Shown here: positions 10,196-18,799 of the stretch, one piece after another
Layout: the number at the start of each line of letters is the position of its first letter
Numbering within the stretch: position 1 is the first letter of the stretch
Virus record (IMG/VR): IMGVR_UViG_2851949629_000006
Location: 1 to 49,715 of that record
Length of the DNA stretch: 49,715 bases
Source: a virus
Lineage: Duplodnaviria; Heunggongvirae; Uroviricota; Caudoviricetes
Direction: 5' to 3' (one strand)
Notes under the pieces: model-generated
What the model was told of the DNA's origin: nothing
Databases searched by the model: none
Seen by the model: the letters and a program-made list of their open reading frames with translations, nothing else
Program-made: the position numbers and the translations under genes

Positions 10196-10487
10196 ATACC
10201 ACCCCACAACATCCTATGCCGCTATAGTCGCCACGGCGAAGGCCGTTACCTTTTGTGATACATTGGTCCCTGCGAACCGCGATCCTTGCACGTTCAACAT
10301 CACCAGAAGCAACATCCATACACTGAAGCCAAAGGTGGGCGGCAATGCGGAACTGCCCTTTTTTCTCTCTTTCAATCGCGCGTTTTTCGATCTCTATCGC
10401 CGCAGGAGTAACGGCAACAACCTTTGAAGGGCTGCGCATTGAAACCTTGTTCATGTGATATTTTTCAAGTCGGCTTAACTTTCTCAC
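10188..10487 (-). CDS. hypothetical early protein
   Basis: ORF in the leftward early operon; stop abuts the MTase start; start codon uncertain. Confidence 0.4.
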   Translation of the reverse strand: MRKLSRLEKYHMNKVSMRSPSKVVAVTPAAIEIEKRAIEREKKGQFRIAAHLWLQCMDVASGDVERARIAVRRDQCITKGNGLRRGDYSGIGCCGVVYD

Positions 10488-10596
10488 TTAATCCAACCCT
10501 CTCTGAAAATTAATGCCAGCAGATAAAGCCATGCTGAAACAGAGGCCAGGAATAAGTACCATCCTGACCATTTGATCCAGTGCCTTAGCAGCGCAC

Positions 10597-10845
10597 TCAT
10601 GCAGCGTTGCTCACGGGACGATATACACGTTGCTGAACAGGAGGTTTTTTACCCTGGAACTCTGCCGGGCTTGCTGCCTGACGTTCATCAAGCCAACGCT
10701 CAACTTCGTCACGGTTCCATGCGCAGCGTTTGTCAGTGATATACCAGCGTTTAGGAAATTCCCCTGCGCGCTCCATGCGGTCGATAGTGCTCCATGACAG
10801 TGGCACCACCGCCAGGAGTTCCTTCTTGCCTAATGCACCTTTCAT
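10597..10845 (-). CDS. AlpA-family phage transcriptional regulator / excisionase-like protein
   Basis: 82-aa protein with the AlpA-type motif KELLAVVPLSWSTIDRMERAGEFPK. Confidence 0.65.
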   Translation of the reverse strand: MKGALGKKELLAVVPLSWSTIDRMERAGEFPKRWYITDKRCAWNRDEVERWLDERQAASPAEFQGKKPPVQQRVYRPVSNAA

Positions 10846-10894
10846 AAATACCTCTCTTGGTTGCAGTGCGGCGCGCGTGGCGCCGCGGTGGTGG

Positions 10895-11836
10895 TTACAT
10901 AGATGTTTCGTTTAATTCTTCCCGACGAACGCTGTAAACGTCGGTGGCTTTTGCCAGCAGTTCGTCATCATCTGAAAGTTTTTGTGCAATGTATTTGTAA
11001 GCCTTATCCAGTTCGGAGACAGTGCTGTAATTCATCGCTGCGCTGGTAAAGGCCATCAGCATTTCTTCTGGATCACGGCTATCCGCTTTACGCGTTTGCT
11101 CATCAGGCTTTTTCACTGGTTTAGCGTTGATCAGACTGTTCATTCCCGCAGCAGTGGTCGTTTGCGGAGTAATGTCTCGCTCAACGCGCGGTGCCGTTTC
11201 CTGTAATTCGTCTGGTGTGTAGACGCCCATGATTACGTCAGGACAGTGCAAGCGAGACCAGCGTTTTGTCGCAAGGTATGCGAGTTGTTGTTTCGGATCA
11301 CTGGCCCAAAGTGTGGAGTTTCTTACCTGTGCTTGAGACAGCATTAACTCAAGCACTCGAGGTTGATCCTCGCCCTTCATGGTTGCCCATACGCGAACAC
11401 CGCAGCCTTCTTCGTCTTTTAGAGTCCAGCCTGGTGCGATATATGGATTGCCGTTTTTGGATGTTTTCTCAACAAACTTACCGATCACGCGTTCCCACGG
11501 CCCGAACCACTCGTAGTTGATGCGATCTTTTGTTGGCGACATCGTTGAGATAACTGCGTTTACTAATTGGGCTTCATAACCTAGCGTGCCGTTCACAACA
11601 TGGGTTTTCTGAGCCACGGCAAACGGGTTCATTCCCCACTGCGCAGCCTGCATTGCCACGGCCATGCAATCAGCTGGTTTCCCGGCGAGGTGCGCCGGTA
11701 CCGTTACGCGGCTTTGCGCCATTACCTCGGCGAATTTCATCAGTTGGTTCAAGCCGTCTGGGCTGAAAATAGTTGCAGCAGTTCCAGCGATTGCGGTGTC
11801 TACTGGTGCGTTGATGTTTGCGATGTCGTTGCTCAT
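10895..11836 (-). CDS. RecT-like single-strand annealing protein
   Basis: Size, position directly downstream of the exonuclease with an ATGA start/stop overlap, and loose similarity to RecT-family segments. ORF-track N-terminal extension rejected in favour of the ATG at 11836. Confidence 0.5.
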   Translation of the reverse strand: MSNDIANINAPVDTAIAGTAATIFSPDGLNQLMKFAEVMAQSRVTVPAHLAGKPADCMAVAMQAAQWGMNPFAVAQKTHVVNGTLGYEAQLVNAVISTMSPTKDRINYEWFGPWERVIGKFVEKTSKNGNPYIAPGWTLKDEEGCGVRVWATMKGEDQPRVLELMLSQAQVRNSTLWASDPKQQLAYLATKRWSRLHCPDVIMGVYTPDELQETAPRVERDITPQTTTAAGMNSLINAKPVKKPDEQTRKADSRDPEEMLMAFTSAAMNYSTVSELDKAYKYIAQKLSDDDELLAKATDVYSVRREELNETSM

Positions 11837-12654
11837 ATGTACATATCCTGTTTGCGTGCCCACTCAGGGCGTTTAATGATTTCCACACCGCCCCATTCAT
11901 CATTGATGCGGCATTCGTGATAGGTATTCAGATCCCGGCGGAACAGAGCGTGCCCAGCATCGACATCCTGCGCATCCAGCTCGAACACGCGTACCGGATA
12001 CCGACCACAATCAATGCTTTCGCTCACGGCAAGAAAGAAAAAACCATGCGGCTGACCAGTAACCCTCATTGCGCCTTCGCGGTACATTGCGTCCTGCACG
12101 TGGTAGCGGAATTCCTCGATGTGGCGTGCAAAACGGTCCATATCTGCAACCTTTTTCACGTCGACGATCACGTTGTGCTCGTTCAGCCATTTGTCTGGAC
12201 GAATTCGGCACAACTCACCCGTCTCTTCATCGTTCCAGTACATTGATGCTTCGCAGTAACCAGGTGCTTCCAACATCCAGCGTGCCGCCGGATGAGCCAT
12301 TGCGCTATCACGCATCAGCTCCAGTTTCCGCCACTGCTCGGCATCAAGTACCGCAATCCCCATATCCGCTACATCACGAAGAAATGCTTCTGCGTCAGCT
12401 TTACCTTGTTTCGTTCGACGATCGAACTTTGGTGAAACAATGAAGCGTTTGTCGAATTCTCCAGGTTCCAGAAGCAGACAGTGCAATGCAGTTCCCATAT
12501 CTAGTTCAGACTTTTTCTCTTCGTCTTCTGGTGCTGCCTGAACCCATTTAAGAAGCGCCGGATTCTTGGCAACCATGTCCAGTTGCGACTTACTCACGCC
12601 GTCACCGGCGTGGTAGTCTTCGTTGCTGATGTCGAAATAGATGCCAGTATTCAT
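11833..12654 (-). CDS. PD-(D/E)XK-family exonuclease (RecE/YqaJ-like recombination exonuclease)
   Basis: 273-aa ORF immediately upstream of the annealase gene; classic two-gene phage recombination module; family assignment by context and residue pattern, not a search. Confidence 0.5.
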   Translation of the reverse strand: MNTGIYFDISNEDYHAGDGVSKSQLDMVAKNPALLKWVQAAPEDEEKKSELDMGTALHCLLLEPGEFDKRFIVSPKFDRRTKQGKADAEAFLRDVADMGIAVLDAEQWRKLELMRDSAMAHPAARWMLEAPGYCEASMYWNDEETGELCRIRPDKWLNEHNVIVDVKKVADMDRFARHIEEFRYHVQDAMYREGAMRVTGQPHGFFFLAVSESIDCGRYPVRVFELDAQDVDAGHALFRRDLNTYHECRINDEWGGVEIIKRPEWARKQDMYI

Positions 12655-12857
12655 AACTTAACCTTGTATTCGTTCTGCTTGTTGGAACGGGGTCCATCGT
12701 GGAAATATATTGCGCTCCTGGTTACCTCTACCCATTTGCGACGTTCAAGCTCAGCGATGAACCAAGAAACCTTCGATCTTGAGATACCAAGAATCTTTGC
12801 CATATCTCGGATGCTGTGTTTTCCACCTCGCAGCAATGAGAGGAGTGTTGGTTTCAT
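12651..12857 (-). CDS. small helix-turn-helix DNA-binding protein
   Basis: 68 aa, HTH-like SIRDMAKILGISRSKVSWFIAEL. Confidence 0.5.
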   Translation of the reverse strand: MKPTLLSLLRGGKHSIRDMAKILGISRSKVSWFIAELERRKWVEVTRSAIYFHDGPRSNKQNEYKVKL

Positions 12858-13168
12858 GCCGCGTCCCTCTGTCCATCAAGCTGATCCGCCAGATCCCAGC
12901 GGGCGATAATTGCCATTGCCTCTCGCCGATAGGCATCCATCAGTTCTTCGAACTCAGGGCTGTCTTTAGCAGCCTCCAGTACTTCCTGGCGAACGCCTTT
13001 GCCTGTTACAACGTCGAAAGTTGAGGACAGTTGATGAAGTCGGATGCTCTCAATCAGTTCAACTTGTCGGTCATATAGCTGTTCTGACAGGCGGTAGTCC
13101 TTGTCGAATGCCAGCATGATTTTTTGAAGATTTTTCTGCTGATTAACGTTCATTATCAGCCCTCCCAT
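12854..13168 (-). CDS. hypothetical early protein
   Basis: 104-aa ORF, first gene of the leftward operon downstream of O_L. Confidence 0.4.
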   Translation of the reverse strand: MGGLIMNVNQQKNLQKIMLAFDKDYRLSEQLYDRQVELIESIRLHQLSSTFDVVTGKGVRQEVLEAAKDSPEFEELMDAYRREAMAIIARWDLADQLDGQRDAA

Positions 13169-13314
13169 ATCTCGTTATCGTTGGCCACATCGCGAGCTTC
13201 TTTGCTGACGAAAGCCCACTTAATGCCTTCCTGTAAGGTGCGGAACTTCCAGCTCATGAATCCGCATGCAGTAACGCAGTACCAACCGTTGATGATTTTC
13301 CACTACATAATTTG

Positions 13315-13404
13315 TTACCTCGGTCTGTTACCGTTGAGGTAATGATTATGCGTATCTGGTTTGATGTCAATAGATATGAGTTAAAAAAATTACCCGACAG
13401 GTAA
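13315..13404. promoter_or_regulatory. O_L-like operator cluster: palindromes TTACCGTTGAGGTAA (13328-13342) and TTACCCGACAGGTAA (13390-13404), plus half-site at 13315
   Basis: 15-bp TTACC-N5-GGTAA inverted repeats between the repressor gene 3' end and the leftward early operon. Confidence 0.6.
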
Positions 13405-13461
13405 TTGAGCAGGCAATAAAAAAGCCGCCAGAAGGCAGCTTACTTACTGAAAAATATGATT

Positions 13462-14046
13462 TTATTGTTTGTTTTTTTCGTTCTGGTTGATGACAAATTC
13501 AATGTAACTTTCGATCTTTGCCTTCTCTGTTTCAGGTAACAATGCGTAGCGCGAGCGGTCATAGTTGATAGTCGCGGGGTCGTGCGGGTGAATCAGTAAT
13601 TCATAGCCGTGACGCCCGAATGCGGATGCAACATTCTCCAGGGTGGAAATGGAAACGCTGACCTCATTGTTTAACAGGCGGCTGATTGTCACCTGGGCGA
13701 CGCCGGATGCGCGGTGAAGTTTTCCCTGAGTTGAAAGGTCGCGGCTTTCGCTCATCCAGCGTTCCAGGTTGTGAGCCGCCAGCTGACCAATGTCGCTTGG
13801 GCCGACAGGCTGAAAACCTTCCTGAGAAAGCGAGCGATCGATATCAAGCCAGTTACGGGGTTTATTGGCGGCAGCTTCAATTTTTCGCGCAACCTGGTCG
13901 CCGATAACCTTCTTGCCAAGAGCCCAGCGGTTTACCAGATTTGCCTGAGTTCCAAGTTTTTCTGCCATCCGCGTCTGAACACCATTGAATTCACGGTCGA
14001 TCAAGTCGTTGAGATTTTGCCTGCGGACGTCCTGGATACTTTTCAT
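13462..14046 (-). CDS. prophage repressor with two HTH domains and no S24 peptidase domain
   Basis: Sits between the O_L and O_R palindrome clusters, divergent from the cro-like gene. Two HTH-like segments (TRMAEKLGTQANLVNRW and GVAQVTISRLLNNE). No Ser-Lys autocleavage domain recognisable. Confidence 0.6.
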   Translation of the reverse strand: MKSIQDVRRQNLNDLIDREFNGVQTRMAEKLGTQANLVNRWALGKKVIGDQVARKIEAAANKPRNWLDIDRSLSQEGFQPVGPSDIGQLAAHNLERWMSESRDLSTQGKLHRASGVAQVTISRLLNNEVSVSISTLENVASAFGRHGYELLIHPHDPATINYDRSRYALLPETEKAKIESYIEFVINQNEKNKQ

Positions 14047-14101
14047 TTTCTGGAAAATCGCCTCATATATGAATCAGTAGATGATTCAATTTAAAGCAAT
14101 A

Positions 14102-14164
14102 TTACCCAACAGGTAAATGCACCCCATAGGTAACTATCCTTGATTTTTGTTACCTTATGGGTGA
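14102..14164. promoter_or_regulatory. O_R-like operator cluster: TTACCCAACAGGTAA (14102-14116), half-site CATAGGTAA, TTACCTTATGGGTGA (14150-14164)
   Basis: Palindromes in the 154-bp divergent region between repressor start (14046) and cro-like start (14201). Confidence 0.6.
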
Positions 14165-14200
14165 ATATTTATTATCTGAAATAAATATCAGGCAATAGCT

Positions 14201-14431
14201 ATGAGCGATAACGGACATTTCGATTTCAAAAAGCACTGGCTTGCACTTACTCCGGATGAGCGTGAAGCCTTCGCACAGGAAGCCGGAACGACGAGTCACT
14301 ATATCCAGACTCACTTAACAGGTAAGCGAAAAATGCCAGGTAAGGTATTGATGAATGGGCTTTTTAAAGCCTGTAAATCAAGACAATGGCTGCGCTCAAA
14401 AGCAGAACTGGCATACTTCTTCTACTCATGA
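14201..14431 (+). CDS. Cro-like small regulator
   Basis: 76-aa ORF divergent from the repressor, immediately right of O_R; functional assignment is by position. Confidence 0.5.
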   Translation: MSDNGHFDFKKHWLALTPDEREAFAQEAGTTSHYIQTHLTGKRKMPGKVLMNGLFKACKSRQWLRSKAELAYFFYS

Positions 14432-14581
14432 TATCCAGCCACAACCCTCTGTAGACCGCCATCCGGCGGTCTTTTCATATCTATTCGCACCTCAAAGGTA
14501 ATAAAAAACCAAATCTGGTTGATCTTTTTTTTGTGTCAGCACAAAATGACCGTAATCCCAATACTAATAACAGGGCTTACC

Positions 14582-14782
14582 ATGGAAATCATTACACGTA
14601 TTGATGCCGCAAAGCGCGGACTTAAACGCTATTACACCGGAAAACAATGTAAGCACGGACATGACAGTGAACGCTGGGTTTACAACGGACACTGTGTTGA
14701 GTGCACCATGGAATCAAACCGTCGCATCAGGGCAGAGATTAAGCAGATCATGATTAATTCCTCCCCACAACATTCAAGCTGA
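14582..14782 (+). CDS. small Cys/His-rich (zinc-ribbon-like) protein
   Basis: C-x2-H...C-x2-C pattern (CKHGHDSERWVYNGHCVEC); ATG at 14582 preferred over the longer ORF-track start at 14519. Confidence 0.4.
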   Translation: MEIITRIDAAKRGLKRYYTGKQCKHGHDSERWVYNGHCVECTMESNRRIRAEIKQIMINSSPQHSS

Positions 14783-14797
14783 TAGCGGAGATTAATC

Positions 14798-15607
14798 ATG
14801 AGCAGACATGCAACAGATTGGGCCTGGGAGACAGATCCAGGTAGCTCGTCATTAAAGCTCATACTGCTCTCGATGGCTGACAGAGCCGATGAATATAACC
14901 TCTGCTACCCCAGCATAGAACGCCTCGTTAAAGACACTTGCCTGAATAAAAAAACCGTGCAGGCCGGGCTTATATCGCTCATGAAAATGGGGCTTATTTC
15001 AGATACCGGAGAGAGAAAGGGAGCGACGAAAAGAGTGCGGGTTTTCTCTCTTAATATAACCAAAAACGGGAACATTAAAGGCAACCTAGAAGGGGGTAAT
15101 GACCCCGAAAACGGTAATGTTCCCGAAAACGGGAATATACCCAAAAACGGGATGTTGAATGATCCCAAAAACGGGATCCAGAACCAGTCATATAACCAGT
15201 CATTTAACCAAGAGAGGGAGAGCAGGACAAAAACCGGGGATTCTGTGCCTCATGACCCCGGCGCAAACAACGCCGTGATGAATAACTTTGTTCCTCCTGG
15301 TGGGCCAGGGCAATTAGGCAAATTTGTCATGCATGAACAATGGTAGCCATCAGATGACTTTCTTCGGAAAAGCTCATTGCAGGGAATCTACCTGGACAGT
15401 CTGCCAACGGCACAGGAACTTGCAGAGTTCAGAATTTACTGGATGGCTGAGGGGAAGGCATACCATCAGGCACAGTGGGAGCAGAAGCTGGCAAGGCGCA
15501 TCCAGTTCTGTAGACAGAAATCAGGTGAAGTCAGAAAGAGCCTTGACTGGCATAACACTGACTGGATAGATGAGGTGTGGGATGAAATCAACTCCAGAAC
15601 TTCTTAA
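14798..15607 (+). pseudogene. lambda O-like replication initiator, interrupted by an in-frame amber codon (TAG at 15344-15346); N-terminal part 14798-15346, C-terminal part continues in the same frame to 15607
   Basis: N-terminal HTH and a linker encoded by iterons, as in lambda O. Both halves are in the same reading frame, separated by a single TAG. Confidence 0.55.
15060..15176. repeat. origin-like iterons inside the O-like gene: five copies of CC(C/A)(A/G)AAAACGG(G/T)A
   Basis: Copies at 15060, 15104, 15122, 15140, 15164 (spacing 18/18/24 bp for the last four), followed by the direct repeat AACCAGTCAT x2 at 15182-15204. Confidence 0.65.
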
Positions 15608-16364
15608 TGAGTACGATCGCTTTCGTGGTGGGCATGACCACTCGACGGCGGTTGCTTCTGCTGACGATGAAAGGGCAAAGAAGGAGCAGGTTGCAAGAAT
15701 TTTCAACGAAATGTTTGTCCAGTTACAGGCTGCATTTCCAGGCAGCATCGCTGCTATCAGCGAGCAAGGAAAGCTAAACGAATTTCGAAAACAATGGATG
15801 CTTGCGTTTCTGGAGAATGGGATCACAACAATGGAACAGGTTAACGCTGGTATGCGCCACGCCCGCGCCAGTGAATCTCCGTTCTGGCCGTCGCCAGGGC
15901 AATTTATCAAGTGGTGTAAAGACAGCAAGATGGTTCTTGGCGTCACCATTGACGATGTGATGGCGGAGTTTCACCGGTACAGCAAGGAAAAAAGTTTATA
16001 TCCTGGTGGCCCCGAAAGATTCCCGTGGCGACATCCGGTTATGTACTGGGTCGTATGTGATACCCGCCGTGCAATGTATCAGCGCCAGCTTAGCGAGATT
16101 GAGGTTGAGAAACACGCACGCAGGCTGCTCGATGATTGGGCGAAAAAGGTGGCTTCCGGACAGCAGATACCCGATCCGGTGATCAGCATACAGGCAAAGC
16201 CAGAACCCATGAGTACGCCTCCGGACACAGGGAGAGACGTTTACCACCCGCCAGGGCGAAGTTTCGGGTGCATGCCTAACGCCGCCACCCTGGGGGGAAT
16301 AACACCGGCGCAGTGGCTGATGGAGGAATACAGGCGGGGAAAGGCGGCAGGATTTATCAAGTAA
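15582..16364 (+). CDS. lambda P-like replication protein (helicase loader)
   Basis: Contains ...ENGITTMEQVNAGMRHARASESPFWPSPGQFIKWCKD..., closely matching my recollection of the lambda P segment GITTMEQVNAGMR...PSPGQF. Start ATG at 15582 with RBS GAGGTG; overlaps the end of the O-like gene. Confidence 0.7.
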   Translation: MKSTPELLNEYDRFRGGHDHSTAVASADDERAKKEQVARIFNEMFVQLQAAFPGSIAAISEQGKLNEFRKQWMLAFLENGITTMEQVNAGMRHARASESPFWPSPGQFIKWCKDSKMVLGVTIDDVMAEFHRYSKEKSLYPGGPERFPWRHPVMYWVVCDTRRAMYQRQLSEIEVEKHARRLLDDWAKKVASGQQIPDPVISIQAKPEPMSTPPDTGRDVYHPPGRSFGCMPNAATLGGITPAQWLMEEYRRGKAAGFIK

Positions 16365-16401
16365 TACCAGCGCGATAGCGCATTTTTTTATGTCTCGATG
16401 A

Positions 16402-16478
16402 TTACCTTATGGGTAATAAAATATTCTAAAATCTATTGATTTCGTGTCTTATGTGGTTTTTAATTACCTTAGGGGTAA
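16402..16478. promoter_or_regulatory. promoter region with two operator palindromes (TTACCTTATGGGTAA 16402-16416; TTACCTTAGGGGTAA 16464-16478) and a -35/-10 candidate (TTGATT 16436-16441 / TTTAAT)
   Basis: Same TTACC-N5-GGTAA operator as O_L/O_R, immediately upstream of the ATG at 16482. Confidence 0.5.
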
Positions 16479-16481
16479 ATC

Positions 16482-16829
16482 ATGAGAAAACAGATACAGG
16501 CTCTTGGTCGACTCAAAACAGGCCAGATGAACAAAACAGAATCTGCGTATTGCCAGCACCTTGAGCAGCGTAAACGTGCAGGGGAAATCGCCTGGTATCG
16601 ATTCGAGGGTATCAAGCTGCGGTTAGCTGATAACACGTTTTATACGCCCGATTTCGCTGTGATGCTCGCCACCGGAGAGATGGAACTGCACGAAGTGAAA
16701 GGGGGATTCTGGACCGACGACGCCAGGGTGAAAACCAAAGTAGCCGCAGATCAGTATCCGTTCCGAATCATCGGGGTAACGGTTAAACCAAAGAAAGCTG
16801 GTGGCGGCTGGAACATCGAAGAGTTCTGA
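16482..16829 (+). CDS. hypothetical protein with PD-(D/E)XK-like motif (VRR-NUC-like nuclease candidate)
   Basis: Motif ...YTPDFAV...ELHEVKGG... (PD...E-x-K) in a 115-aa protein. Confidence 0.4.
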   Translation: MRKQIQALGRLKTGQMNKTESAYCQHLEQRKRAGEIAWYRFEGIKLRLADNTFYTPDFAVMLATGEMELHEVKGGFWTDDARVKTKVAADQYPFRIIGVTVKPKKAGGGWNIEEF

Positions 16830-16890
16830 ATCGACGATCTTTTTAGTTATCAATGTTATCAATAAGTTATGTGGATAAGCGAGGGTAAAG

Positions 16891-17403
16891 ATGGAAAGTA
16901 ATATCAAAGGGTTAGTTGCCGCCGGGCATGAGATGGCTTCGGAACTGAAAGCAGAATGTGGTGCTGTTGATATGCGTAGTGTGGCAAAGCTGCTCAGCGA
17001 TTTGGCAACGCAACTGGAAGTGCAACTGGTGCGTGCTAATGCGCTGGCCGAAGACCAGCAGAAAGCGATTGAGTCAATTAAGCAGGCTGATGCAGCTGTT
17101 AAGTTGGCACACGAGAAGTTTTCGGCGCTGGCGGCGGAGAATGCGCGGCTGAATAAATTTATCGTACAGAGTTGCTATGTGTTTAATGGCGAGCAGGATG
17201 AAATATCTGATGCGTATATCTGCGCAACAGACGGAGGTATGCCGCAAATTCCAGCCACCGATGCTTTTCTGGCTGAAGTACGAGCGCAGGGCGTGGAGAT
17301 GGCTATGGAGCATATGCAGTCGAGCGGTTCGTTAACATTTGGAGATTGCTACATATCACTTAACGAGTTCGCCGCCCAGCTTCGTAAAGGAGGCAACCAG
17401 TGA
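16891..17403 (+). CDS. hypothetical coiled-coil protein
   Basis: 170-aa ORF, RBS GAGGG 5 nt upstream of ATG. Confidence 0.45.
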   Translation: MESNIKGLVAAGHEMASELKAECGAVDMRSVAKLLSDLATQLEVQLVRANALAEDQQKAIESIKQADAAVKLAHEKFSALAAENARLNKFIVQSCYVFNGEQDEISDAYICATDGGMPQIPATDAFLAEVRAQGVEMAMEHMQSSGSLTFGDCYISLNEFAAQLRKGGNQ

Positions 17404-18098
17404 GCGAGATTGACTATCAGGTACTGCGTGAAAAGGCAGAAAAAGCAACGTGGGGAGACTGGGACTCATATAAACCACACCGTGGCGCACGTGGTTATGA
17501 GGTCCGACTAAGTAGTCAGGCCATTGCGCAACACGTTCTGAAAAACAACGCTGAATTTATTGCTGCCTTTAATCCAAAGGTTGCTTTGGCACTACTGGAT
17601 GAACGGGAAGCCAAAGACAAAGCATGGTCCGCACAGGACAACCATATCAACCAGCAGGCTGACCGAATTGAATCGCTGGAGAAGAAGAATGGCGAGCTGG
17701 GCAGAGCGCTGGAAGCCGCAGAGAAGCGCATTGCAGAACTGGAAAAAAGCGAAGAGCAACTCATTAATGAGCGTGACCATGCTGAGTCTGCTTTAGATGA
17801 TATGTACTTGGCAGCAACCGGTAACAGGCCGGAGTGGAGTAACTGGTTCGGCTTTTCAGATGCCGTCGATGCCGTGGTTGACAGAATTGCTGATTTAGAA
17901 GCTAAACAGCCATCGCCAGTAGTACTGGAAGGACTGGTTAAAGCAGTGCGCTTCTATGAACAGGTAAAGTGTGAGAATCCGCCAGCTGAAACCGGAGCAT
18001 GGAAGGACGCTGTTGACTGGGTGCTTAAAGAGGCTTGTCAGGCTGTAAATATTGGCACCAAAGGAGACGCAGGAGAGCAAAGCGATGAAAAACCGTAA
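17400..18098 (+). CDS. Ead/Ea22-like protein
   Basis: N-terminus MSEIDYQVLREKAEKATWGDW resembles the conserved start of Ead/Ea22-like proteins of lambdoid prophages. Confidence 0.55.
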   Translation: MSEIDYQVLREKAEKATWGDWDSYKPHRGARGYEVRLSSQAIAQHVLKNNAEFIAAFNPKVALALLDEREAKDKAWSAQDNHINQQADRIESLEKKNGELGRALEAAEKRIAELEKSEEQLINERDHAESALDDMYLAATGNRPEWSNWFGFSDAVDAVVDRIADLEAKQPSPVVLEGLVKAVRFYEQVKCENPPAETGAWKDAVDWVLKEACQAVNIGTKGDAGEQSDEKP

Positions 18099-18283
18099 GG
18101 CAAAGATGCTGATAGCAAAGCCCGGGCAGCGTATCCGTATCTCAAATCGGCTTGTTATTTACTATAGATATCTGGGTTTTAGGGGGTGTTCCTCTATTCG
18201 TTTTTACGGTGTCTGGCGGAGCAGAAGCGCGGCGCAAAACCGCTGGAAAAACCACAGTTATCTGCGCACTAAAGGAGAGTGAG

Positions 18284-18799
18284 ATGGCGTTAACACACCG
18301 CGAACTCTGTCAGATTGCGTACAAGTTCCTTAAGCGCAACGGGTTCAAGGTTTGCTTTCATGACCGCTTTATAGCTGTAACCAGTACCGGAGAACAGCCA
18401 GATGCTATGGGATTCAGAAATTCAGCATCATGCTTGATAGAGGCGAAGTGTTCTCGTGCTGACTTGTTGGCAGATAGAAAAAAGCGTTTCCGTAAAAATC
18501 CGTCTCTTGGAATGGGCGACTGGCGATTCTTTATTAGTGAGCCGGGAATTATTTCAGTTGAGGATTTACCGCCTGGCTGGGGATTGCTTCACGTTGTTAA
18601 CGGAAGAGTACGGAAAGTACATGGGTGGCCCAAGGGTAATTGCTGTTGGGGTAATCCTGACGATAAGCCATTTACTGGGAATAAGCAGGTTGAATGCGAT
18701 TACATGTTATCTGCATTAAGGCGCATGGAGTTGAGAGGGCACCTTAATGAAATATATGACGGCGTAATTGTTAATAAGAAAGAAGGAAACGCGGCATGA
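18284..18799 (+). CDS. hypothetical protein with PD-(D/E)XK-like motif
   Basis: ATG at 18284 with strong RBS AAAGGAGAG; motif GEQPDAMGF...CLIEAKC. ORF-track upstream extension from 18152 rejected. Confidence 0.45.
   Translation: MALTHRELCQIAYKFLKRNGFKVCFHDRFIAVTSTGEQPDAMGFRNSASCLIEAKCSRADLLADRKKRFRKNPSLGMGDWRFFISEPGIISVEDLPPGWGLLHVVNGRVRKVHGWPKGNCCWGNPDDKPFTGNKQVECDYMLSALRRMELRGHLNEIYDGVIVNKKEGNAA

Noticed and set aside
10868-10886. GC-rich hairpin GCGGCGC-GCGTG-GCGCCGC between the RecT-like and AlpA-like genes
   Set aside because: No flanking U-tract on either strand, so it is not a convincing intrinsic terminator; it may be an RNA structure but there is nothing further to support a call.
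16870-16878. Perfect DnaA-box 9-mer TGTGGATAA upstream of the 16891 gene
   Set aside because: A single 9-mer is expected by chance about once in a 50-kb window on two strands; there is no cluster and no adjacent AT-rich unwinding element. Worth noting only because the recurring TATGTGGTT motif partly resembles it.
18152-18283. Upstream extension of the 18284 gene in the ORF track
   Set aside because: The extension overlaps the preceding gene and lacks an RBS, whereas the ATG at 18284 has a strong AAAGGAGAG Shine-Dalgarno sequence.
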